Shown here: positions 39,531-51,400 of the stretch, in pieces | How the letters are laid out: every line of letters begins with the position of its first letter | Position numbering within the stretch: the first letter of the stretch is position 1 | Source of the DNA: Bugula neritina | Lineage: Eukaryota > Animalia > Bryozoa | Assembly: GCA_964035545.1 (NCBI GenBank) | Contig: OZ037769.1 | Span: 6,057,929-6,121,928 of the forward strand | DNA: 64,000 nucleotides | Direction of reading: 5' to 3' | Position numbers and translations under genes: made by a program | Notes under the pieces: model-generated | What the model was told of the DNA's origin: nothing | Seen by the model: the letters and a program-made list of their open reading frames with translations, nothing else | Database searches by the model: none

Positions 39531-41272
39531 AAGTTTAAGACAAAATAAAAATTAAAACGGAAGTCGTGTGAAGTCATAATCATAATGTTGAAACTGAATA
39601 CTACTGCTAAAAGTAGAATACTCATACTGAAAGTGAATACTAATAGCTATGTAAACCAGTTAAGCGTTAGCCTAAGGCTAATGGCTAATGATATATCATT
39701 TTTATTTTATACTTATGCTAGGTATTCTATTTATGCCTTGGGCATTTGCATTATTAGTATCACTTCAAGTCTATGATATTATTAGTATTATTAATATTAT
39801 TTATTATTATAATTGTGATACCCAGAGTCTATGGTACTCATACTGATACTGATACTCACTGTGACTGCATGATACTGATTAGTGATTATGTGTATGATAT
39901 CTTACTCACTACTGATAGTGGTAGTGAATTAATTGACTGGGACTGTTACTAATTATTATTATTAGAGTCTTTTTGGCTTTTCTAGAAATAATGCCAAAAT
40001 AATGATAATCATGATGATAATCACAATGATTATAATTATTTTGACTTTTTTAAATTAATAATCAATGGTAGTAACAACTGCAGTCAAATCTAATAATTAT
40101 TCACTATTAGTAGTGAGCATTATAATAGTAGCCAAACCATTATTACTATAATTTACAATATAAGTATATGTTTAATTTTCAATATCAGTACATTCAACCC
40201 ACACTCAAAATCAATCAAAACAAATAAGACATACCATATGGGTATATTTCATTAAAATAGCATAGCTGTGGTGATAATTGCACATGCTTCTACTGGTGTT
40301 TCCTAGATTTTGCATGCTGAGAGAGCAGAAGATGCATGCCTCATATAGTGCAGGGGCATGTATTTTTTCCGGCATAAGTTGGCCAAAACTTCAAGTTTCA
40401 TTAGCTGGTAGCTATGACCTGCCATTTGAAAGATGGTCTTAATTTCCCGATTTTCACATCCCAAAATAAAAAGCATGGAGTCTAATAATATAGGATATTT
40501 ATATATTGCTTGTTCTCTGTAACTTTGGTTCTCGGTGTCTTAGTTGTCCTCTAGTTTGTGTTTTAGTATTTGACCAGAATATTTGGTATTCCCATGGGTG
40601 TCTGATAAAAATGCACATTTTCAATATTAGGGTTTGGGGTGGGGGTTTGAGTTTGGGGTTTAAGGGTTGGGGATTTGGAAAAGTATAACACCAGTGTACC
40701 AAATTTACCTACTTTGCCACTTGTGCCATTATTACCTGTGCCATTTTACCTGTGCCATGTTTACCTAAAATCATTCACATGAGCTTGTCATAAGAAGTGC
40801 TATGAGTAAAGTAGAAGGTGCATATACAATGGCCTGAAATGTAAATCTTATGTAAGGAATTCACTCCTTAGTCTGGTTGATTTTGTAGCTTGTATAACAG
40901 ATGTAAAGTTGACCTGCAATTGTTCACCCTTGTAATGTTTTTTTTAAAATGTTATTTAAAAGTGCATTTTATTTGGTTTTTTATTTAGAATTATGATTTA
41001 CTATCTGAATTAAAAAAACCATAAATCATATAATTAGTTGAAAAATAATACAGGTAAATTGCTAGATATAAAATATCAACAAAAATTCTTTTATATGCAC
41101 AAATTACTTGTGTAAAAAGTCAGTTTCATATTGCTAAAAGCATACATATATATTGTGTAGTGCCATCGGGCTACTAATTGCTGACCTAAATCTTGGATAT
41201 TCAATTATTTGCAAGCTCTTGTTACTATTTTATGTACAAATCAAGTGTCAATAATTTTATTTTCAAGGAAAC

Positions 41273-43435
41273 ATGGATGGTCCAAGTCATTCACCTCCAG
41301 ATATATCTAAAGCGGTGCCATCTAAGTCAATTTTGAAAAAAAGAGATAGTCAGGATCCTGATTCGCATCACACTGACTTGACGGTCATCACAGATGATGA
41401 AGCTACACAACGTCGAGCTCAATGGGATGAAATGAACATATTGGCAACTTACCATCCAGCTGATAAAGACTATGGTCACATGAAAATTGATGACCCACCT
41501 ACACCTTTTCATGAATATAGCCAAGAAATGGCAGCTGATGATGAAAAAATGGATGCTACAGATTCGGCTTCTGGCCAAAATTTAAGAGAACGAAAAGCCA
41601 GCTTCAGTGACACTACCACAATCCTAGATGCTGCAACTTTGGCAGAAAAGCTTAACCAATCAAGTGAGCCTAGAGCTTATCAACTAGAGTCTCTGGATTC
41701 GGATGAAGAGGATCATCTAACAGAAGAAGATAAAATGAAAAAAGAAGCATTTCAAGCAAAAAGGAAGCACCATTACAATGAGTTTCAGGTTTGAATGTAG
41801 CTTTTATCAGGTTTAAGGTGCAAACACACTAGGTTTAATCAAAAAGGATGTTTTTAGAAGTTGTGCCACCTTTATTTTGGCAAGCGAAAATCACTTCTGG
41901 TTTGCAACAAAAAGCCAGTAATAAATTGATTGAGATTTACTGCTATTTTTCTCCGCCACTCAATCAGGATATGGCGGAGAAAGGGGAGAAAAAAAATTTA
42001 CTGCTATTTGTTGAATGTAATGCATAATAGAAGCCTTTTAAAAAATGGAAAAATGTATAAATCTAAATGTAGTTTGTTGTAATATACAGAATGTATAATA
42101 TTGTGACGAAGGCTTGCAAGCAACTCACTTTTCAAGGCGGCATATTACCTCACATAGTGTTCTTCTAACTTTTAATGGATGAGGCAAGCAATGAAGATGA
42201 AGTAATTTTATGCATGGGATGATAATTGTCAGTTGTTAAATAGACCCTTTTCAGTAGTCCCCAATATCCCCCTTTACAATTAAGAATTGTGTCCTCCCAA
42301 AATGAAAATTGTTGAAGAAAATTAACTTAAACGCATTTTTGTAGTTTGGTTATTAGGCAATGCTGAAGTGCCACTTCGGCATTGCTCAGTAACCAAAATC
42401 ACAAAAAAGGCTTTCTAGTTTATTTTCTTCAAAATTTTTTATAGAAGAAATATTTTTAAAATTTCTTTTTAACTGCTAATATGTGCGCTTATACCAAAAT
42501 ATCTGTCTTCCAAAAGAACAATTAATTCTATAGCATAATTAGAAATTTAAGTAGCAGCCAAACTTTAAGTTTTTAATGAGTTTGCTCTTTATACAAAGGT
42601 TCAACCTATTCACTTTGAAAGGACACAACTCCTAATTGTAAAGGAGATATCCGGCCTCTGAAAAGGGTCTATTTATAGAAACTTTTAACTTTAAGTAGTG
42701 TTCTTCATGTGTAAATCTCACTGTTTTATAACAAAAATAGAATTTTAATTTTTGTTTCATAAAGTGAGATGCTCTATCAGATTGTTCTTGTAAAAGAACT
42801 TCTTTTCCTTGGTTTAATTGGAGCAAAAATTTGGAATAGACTTATAGTGTTTGGAATTTTAAATTGAATTATTTATTGGTTGATGCAAGCATAAAAAATA
42901 AGGAAAAATATGCGTTTAATGAATATGTTATTGTTGAAGTATATTGATCAAACAGAACCCACGTTTCATTTCTAGTAGACACTTTTGGCAGCTTCCAATA
43001 CTCTGATAATAATTGTCATTATAATTTTAGGTTAGTATTGCTAATGACTAAAACTAATAAATTATGACTTACTATTTTACTTTTCCATATATTTAAAATA
43101 TATTATAAGGTTAAGCTATTGATCTTTTCATGTTACAAAACTGAATAAAAGCTAGGTTATGTAATTTTACAACACTATTGAGATTTAGAAGTTACATAAA
43201 GCGTGTTGGACATGCTCTAAGACTACAGCTGAAAAAATTGAAGCGTTTTTAGGAGTTTCCCAAAAAGCCACTTGTTTTAGAAATGCTTCTGAAGCCCCAA
43301 ACAGTAAAACATAATATTATTTACAAGTTTCGTGTCATGTAAGGTATTGAACTACATCTAGTGTATTATATTATTTTGTAGGCTGTTAAACTTGCTCGGC
43401 AACTTTTAGAGGAAGAAGACGATGAGGAACAGTAA
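41273..43435 (+). CDS. PPP1R2: Protein phosphatase 1 inhibitor-2
   Basis: Exons 41273-41788 and 43382-43435. Motifs KSILK, AQWDEMNILATYHPADKDYGHMKIDDPPTP, KRKHHYNEFQAVKLARQLL. Confidence 0.96.
42305..42438. repeat. Imperfect ~130-bp hairpin in PPP1R2 intron
   Basis: Core GCAATGCTGAAGTG-C-CACTTCGGCATTGC, extended by GAAGAAAATTAACT / AGTTTATTTTCTTC arms. Confidence 0.75.
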
Positions 43436-44479
43436 TATTTTGACAATCTGCTTTAGCTACCAAATGAAATAATATGATATTTGAATCTCAGATTAAGTTA
43501 TATATCTAGTAATTATTGTATAATTAACATCCAAGCTATAGTTGCTATAGTTTCTAAGTCATTCTTCTACAATATTATCCAGTTTTGTGCCTTTCATTAT
43601 TGTTATTCAGTTTAAGAATGTCGAAAATATTGTTATTTTAATAATTTTCAAGTGCAATATTAAGAAAATAAATCAATTTATTATTATAATATAAAGAATT
43701 TATGGTAATTGAATTTGTTAGTAGCTTCATCATTAGTATTTCGAATCAGTGTTAATTAAAAAATACAACATTAGAATTTAGAACTACTCATCTAAGACAT
43801 CTTAATTATTATTCAATAAATTACATCAGGGCATATTACTGAAATAGCTTCAACAGTTTGAAGACCCTTGTAGCAATTTATCTATGGCACTATCTTAAAA
43901 GAGGTGCTGTAGATGGAGAAAGATTTAAATTAGATGCACATGAAAAGCTATAATTAAAGGAGCAATTTACAACGCTACTACAGTCTGGATATCTACTTAC
44001 TCAGTAGCATTAATAGACAAAAAATTTGTAGCAAATACGAAAGTAAAAATATGACTAAATTTGTAAAAAATGTGAGTTAAATTATGGTAATGAAGGTTTT
44101 GCTATTTATAACACGGCTAGAAGTTGGTATAGGAGTTGTTGGCTCCCAAAAGATACTGCGAGGAATGTAATTTTCTGATCTTGCATTTTGGAGTCGGGGA
44201 ATTTTTGTCTACTCATTAATAAACTATAGTTGTCTAGCTTGTGTTCTACAACAGAACAAAATACATGCACTTGAATCTTGTGTTTTAAAACAGTGAATGG
44301 TCATTAGCCTTCTAAGACTTCAAGCTTTTGTTGGCTACGCAACAACGAAGACTATCAAATGAATACATGCACTTACAAGTTACACCTTACAGAATGAATA
44401 CATTTTGATTTTTTAACTTTTTTGAGTGTTTTATCTCGTTGCAGTGATCACTTTCACTACCCTCTTTCCATATTTAAAC

Positions 44480-45350
44480 TTATAGTCATAGCTATTGCCC
44501 TCAGGCTTACTCTTACTCTTAGTCTTGCTCTAAAAGTCTAAATCTAAGTCAAAGTGATAAGATTAAGATTAACTCTAACTCTTAGTCTTACTCTTAGTCT
44601 TAGTATTGTCTTAGTCATACTCTTACTAGTTACCATTACTATTACTGTTAGTAATAGTATTACTTATACTTATAGTTATAGTGAGTAGTTATAGTTTTTC
44701 TCTTACAGTTAATGTTATTAATATTAGTATTACTATTATTATTAATTAGTCTTATTAGTTATTACTATTAGTATTAGTATTACTATTAATATTAGTATTA
44801 GTATTACTATTACTCTATTAGTATTACTATTACTATTACTATTAGCATTATTAATACTAATACTTATAGTAATAGTAATTATACTGATACGACTAATTAA
44901 ATTTAATTACTATTAGTATTAGTGATAACATCAACTGTAACAGTCTAACTCTAAATATAACATTAACTACTCATTATAAATATAAGTTAATGTTATACTT
45001 ATAGTTATAGTATAAGACATAAGTATAAATGTTTAAACATAAATGTAATAACTAATAACAAAGTCTAATTATTAATACTAATGGCTTAATAAATAAGTAA
45101 AAGTAAAGTTATAACTCTAAACAGTGAGTATTATAAATAAAATAGTTATAGTATTATTTAATTTTATATTTATATTACCATTTAGCAATGAAATTAAATT
45201 GATACTATAAATATTAAATATAAAATTAACATTTATTATTTATTTACTTTTAGTATTTGATTAAATCACTAGTAATGTTTGTATTATAAAAAATTTAATA
45301 ATAAATATTATAATTATAATAAGAATTATTAATGAAATTGGTAATTTAAA
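44480..45350. repeat. Extremely AT-rich, hexamer-periodic low-complexity tract upstream of the GBA2 ATG exon
   Basis: Runs of TTAGTC/TTACTC/TTAGTA/TTACTA/ATAGTT variants. Confidence 0.8.
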
Positions 45351-45470
45351 TAAATTTTCAAGCATTTGAATTGCTAGCTTGGAGTAATCAGTCAATTTTG
45401 TTTTAGTAGAACTTTCATCAACTCCTTCTTTCTCTATCAGCTTCGGATTACCTTACAGGCTGTTATTCTC

Positions 45471-48400
45471 ATGGCTGGTTCCAACACTCCTGCTGATGCC
45501 GACTCTGAAGATAAGGACACTCAGCTTGAACATTTAGCCGAGTTAGTTAATGGAAGAGTCGAACTAGAGAATGTTCCTCATCATGGATTCAGAGTCGCCC
45601 TAAATCACATATTCTCTAAAAAAGGAAAACCATTCACTACTCCGAGACTTCACCAGTTACCTTCATTCATTGGACTATCCTTGAGGTTGGTTAGTTGTTC
45701 TACAATCATGGGAAATAATTATGACTTAGCAGTCAAAGCTGTTAGGAAGTTAGGTCTTTTTTTTCGCTGCATCTTTCTAAATGCCATGTAGGAAAATATA
45801 TCCTAGCTTGCATATCTAAATATGCAACTATTTCAGTTTATGATCCTGATGCTTCTTGTGTTTAGGTATATACGGAAATGGAACAAGATAAGAAAGCAAG
45901 GGAAGAAAATGTTCATTGATATTCGAGATGCAGTTCCCCTACAGCAAATATATGGTGAGTGTACTAATGTAGTTCGGCTGCTTTAATGTGAAGTTTTATT
46001 ATTTCTTTCGTCTACCCACTATCATGGCGTTGTATTTTAGTCTGTTTGTGAGATGTTTTGTCTTCTTTAGGTGTTCCTATTGGTGGCATCGGTTGTGGCT
46101 CAATAGGGCGTGGCTTCAGGGGGGAATTTGGTAGGTTCCAAATGATACCCGGCATGTACAAGTGGAAGACGATTCCCGCTGATCAGGTATGTACATGCCT
46201 ACTGAAAGGGCATGTTTTAATTAGTAGCAATGATAGTTTATTTACCCTTTATTATAGTCAGTTTGGTGTTTGGGTTAGTAGACTTTACTTGGTTATCAGT
46301 TTGCTAAATGCTAGGTTTAAAACTGTAGCTTATAGCATAAAACATGATTGAGTGGTTTATTTTACCACCTTTACCATAATACAACTTCTATTATTAATTC
46401 TTTAACATTTAGATGGATCACTTAATTAGCTTATAATTAGTTTTAGTTGTAAGCCGTAATAAATTTTAACTGTAAGCTTTTGACTGCTTTATCTAGAGGT
46501 ATAGTTGAAAAATAGGAATTACAGTGCTCCCTCTGATCTCTCTAAGCTGAGGATCCCAAAACATCAATTCATGACATACATAGAAGAAAACCGGATTTTA
46601 ACACTGATTCGTCAAATTCAGCTCATGGAAATTCATGAGGAATGGAGCCGTGAGATATGGAGGGAGCACTGTATTATCAATAGTCTTACATCATATGCTT
46701 ATAGAAAGTTACTAGAGTTTGCTCAAGTGAGTTTCAACAATTTGTTTTTATAAGAAATCACTGAAGCACTATATTTACAACATTGCTTGTACTGGGCATA
46801 ATATTTGTATTCTATTATATGATATATAATTATATTAGCCACTTCAATGCTCACTGTTAACACACTAAAACTGTTGCGTCACCCCTGTGTACTACTTTTA
46901 TAATATGCCAAAAAGTTTACTAAAATCTGTAGTTAACTAATCAATAGTTTTAGTAGGAATATTCCATCAAAAAGAATTGAATGAGTGCGATTTAAAATTT
47001 GAGAAAGCAATGTATCACAAATCTTGTGTAGTTTGCAGTACTTTTACCCAGAAACACTCTTTACCGAGGGTCAATAACCTTTAATAACTTAGCATTTAAT
47101 GATTGCGAAATAGCTGTGTTTCCATATCATGATGATACCATCTCAATAGGTTAACATTTATTACCAGCTGATGCAAGCCATTGCTCTATTCAGCTTCCTG
47201 TTTGACTTCAGTAGAAGTACATAGTTTTATTTCTGTTACTTGATTTTCTAATTAAAATTGCAAATATGTGTTTGCGGTGTTGTTTGATGTTTTTATCATT
47301 GAATCATATTTATTATAATGTGGACAGGCAGACAGTCAATTTCTTTTTTCCTAAATACCTCAAACACACTCGACACATGACAGTAGAACAATCGCAATCA
47401 GTTGAAGTTACCACACTGTTGAATCTAGCATACCGATATATATGAACATAGTTCTCAAATGTGTTGTATTTTGTGTATGAAAAAAAGTTTATATGCCCAT
47501 GTCATAGTTTCCATATTCTAACTCCCCCTATTTCAAGGTGACCTGATCCTTAAAGTTGTGAAATATTTTTTAAACTTTTGTTTTTACATTCCAAAATAGT
47601 TCATAGTCTGCATCCGTAAGAACGGAGAGACTGTGTACCAGAATGTCCTCTCTTCACTCAAAGCGCCCAAAAACCAATTAAAAGCGTGGAAGTGGCAGTT
47701 TAATGGAACCAACGCCACATATCACGGCTTGTATCCTAGATCTTGGACAACTTATGAAATTCCGGAGTTTAAGGTCAAGCTGACCTGTAAACAGATCTCG
47801 CCTATTATTCCTCATGAGTACAAGGTATAAATAGCAAGAAAGTTGTTATGTTCTATATTTTTGTAGGACACTCTGTCCATCTCCTGCTGAAAAAAAAACT
47901 AATATTTTAAGTGAACATTATTTTCTATCCCACAAATGCCATTATGTTGTTATAGTGCAGGGGTGTCTAACCTTTTCAGACCGAGGGCCACTGAAAGGGA
48001 ATATTCAGGTGGTGCCCCCCCCCCCCCGCATTGTAAACTTTGGTTTGAGCTGAGGGGCCACAACATTAGTAATTTTCAAATTACCTTATTCCAAATTCTT
48101 ATTAATTATTACACAATAGAGTCCCAATGATTACTGCAGGCTACATGTTTGGTAGCATGTGTATAAATAAGACATTTAAAAGGTGGTTTTTCACTCTAAT
48201 TCATGTATACTGTAAAAAATAATTTTATTTGTCATGCGTTTGAGGGCCAGATAAATGTAGGCTGGGGGCCACATCTGGACAGTGCTGTAATATAGAGACA
48301 GTAAATACAGAAAAATAATAATACATGTAATCATGTAGTGAAGCAGCCTGCTTGTTGCTATGGTTACATGTATATATTGCTAATACATATGCATGGTAAA

Positions 48401-51400
48401 GTGTAATGTATAGTGATATTATGCATGTATGTCTTTAGGATTCATCTCTACCTGTTGGGGTATTCACTTGGACTGTGGCCAATTTATCCCAAGATGATCT
48501 CGATATCAGTATAGTCCTTGCATTTCAAAATGGCATAGGCCGAAGGAAAGTTGATAAAGCAGGAGGTATGGTTGCATAATATTTCTATATTTTATTTTAT
48601 ATATGATTTGTAGCATGCTTCTTATACAGGTGACTAATCATTGGAGTGTAATCGAAGTGATTATCAGAATGACCAAGAAAACACTCATGTTTAAGTTAAT
48701 AAAAGTTTGTCATTGTGTTGGCAACACAATTATAACTTATTTTTAGTAATTTGATGATTAGGCTTTGGAAAAAAGTTTACAAGTTATAAATGTTTTACCA
48801 ATAAGTAGTTTCTGTAATTTTCAGCTAGTAATAATTGAATTTATTATAAAATGTGAGACCACTTTTCTATTCACACCTCCCCTCTTTTATGACTGCGCCA
48901 TCTCTATTATTATTTTTATGTTATTGACTTGTGTTCTTTCATATGATCACACTTGAATAGTTTGTGTATTGTTCACTTCCCTTGGTGATACTCTTGCTAT
49001 TGTCTATAAACCTGTAGCAATACAGTCTGCATAATGCAGGCTGCTCCAGGGATGAAGTTCATATCCAGTTTATATTCTATAAATCTCAGTGCAACACAAC
49101 CACCTGGGGCCGTGTGTCTTGTATCACCCAGGATACGCAAAGTCTTGACGTCTATTCCTCTCACTCAATTATATTATGATAAAACACAATGAGGTCTAGT
49201 GTATTAGAACTAGTATCGGATTATTTTATCTTGTTGCTCAAACAGCATATCCACCCTGCTGACTCAAAATAGTATGCCGGCCTCAGCGGCAGCAGAAGGG
49301 TAGTAGTTGTAGGTATGAGTCACATTGCTAACTGTGTCAGCACAGTCTGTAGACAAGGGGGGTGATGAATGTGCTTATTGAGCTGCGGGCATAAAACTGA
49401 AAAGTGCTGCTGCTGTTGCTGCTGACAATTTTATGCCCTGCAGCCCACTAATTGAATTCATCACAACACCCCTTGTCTACAGACTGCTAACACAGTTAGC
49501 AATGTGACCTCTTACCACTTCTCTTCCCCTTCTTGGTAATCAATGCTGCATAACTAGTGGACTGACTGTGCATTCCTGCTGCTGCTGCAAGACCATGAAC
49601 TGTGACCTCTTAAATCATGTCTGTCTCTGTCAACTTCAACCCCCCCCCCCCCACTACAAGCTGAATGTTCCTTCCTAATGCAGTTTGTATTTTGATGAAG
49701 TTTTGTAGTCTGACTTTATTTCCTCTTCTAGGAGTCTGGAACGAGACGTTCTCATATAACCATAGTGCAGGTGATAGAGTCCCAGTTAGCGGAGTGGGTA
49801 TTCACCAGAAGCTGAATAACATGGACTGTACCTACTTTCTGGCAGCTAAGTCTACAGTAAGTTATGCTTTCCTGGCTACAGCTACACATGTGTGCTACAG
49901 TATACATGTGTTACAGTATACTTGTGTTACAGTGTACACGTGTTACAGTGTACATGTGTTACAGTAAATCACACTTCCTACTATACCAGGTAGTATTAGA
50001 CTGCTTTGCTAACATATTATTTTACAAGACAAGTAGATTCACTTATCAAGCATATTATACTATTTATAAGCCACTTGTTTCCTATCCTTCAACTCTAAAT
50101 ACTCCTGTTTCATGATGGGAGCAGCTCATCTGTTTCTCCTATTTCGTGTCCTCTCTAGCCCCTAATACTTAGCCTCTACTCCTACACAAAGATGAATTAG
50201 TGCTATCACTTGTTGAAGGTGTAATGGTAGTCTGTTTCAACTATCAGTATATCTAGGTTTGTGTTAATTTAATCCTGAAACCTATCCCCTTTATTATAAC
50301 TTTGGAGATGTAATACACAGATGTAAGCAAATAGGTATACAACACATTTATTAAATTTATCATATTGTATCATTATACCTCTTGATTTCCCAAAAGTGTT
50401 GAATTGGCTGTGAAATCAATGGATCCATCATTGGTAACTGGTTGATAGATGTTTATAAAACTCATTAATGCTGCAACCCTGTTACTAGATGTTTTTGGAC
50501 CATGTTGATGGATTATGTCCCCCTACACCTACCTGCTATTTACTAGAATTTTATACTTATCCATACTACCAGGCTTGCAATATTGTAAAATTTAAATTGA
50601 TGGTTTTTAAAAGTTGGATTGGGATTTCCATTCTTATTCTAATACCTTGCTGACGAAAGCAGGGGAGGATAATTACTATTATACTTGTGATACGAGTGTG
50701 GTGCTTGTCAGCTATTGTGGTAGTGGCTATTCCACCAGCTAGCTGCTAGACTGCATGTATACAGACAGTCTATTGTATGTTCAACAGTTTCTTTGATTCT
50801 TGACTTACTAACAGTTTTCTAAGTAATTTTTTTTTATTTGAAATAATCGTTTAATATTTCTTAGAAAGCTGTTTACTGTAGGCTACTTCCAAATGGTTTT
50901 CCCTCAATCAAATAAGCAGGCTGAGCTACCAGTTCATAGACTGCAGTAAACTCCACACACACATTCACAATCCGCGGCGCATCCAATCACTGCACTCAGT
51001 GACCCCAAACTTCGTGCTGCATAAAGCGCTTTCTTGATGGTTCAGTTAGCCTTAATTACTGAACTGAAACTATAATAGGGGGTTATAGTTCAATGGCCTT
51101 AACCAAGTTAACCTGAACTAATTCAGTGTCTCTGCCACCTACGCTAGGGTAAGATAACTCTGAGCTACGGTGAAGAAGTATCTATTATTGTATGTTGCTG
51201 TTGTGTTATACAGGAAACGGCTACTGTCACCAGTCATGTCTATTTTGATCCACACAGTGATGGAGCTGGCTTGTGGAATGAGCTGCAGGAAACCGGCCAC
51301 TTCAGTTGTGAGCCAGGTGAGTCATCTAGACCGTAGATGTAGGTAATATTTGCTACTCTGTTAACTTGTACCCTTACAATATACACAAGTATTGAGTCAA

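Noticed and set aside
39209-39625. Poly(LLLLLE) and VVLTVA ORFs
   Set aside because: Products of the 18-bp repeat.
41273-41794. PPP1R2 as an intronless retrocopy
   Set aside because: A second coding exon at 43382-43435 completes the HYNE helix through a canonical GT-AG intron.
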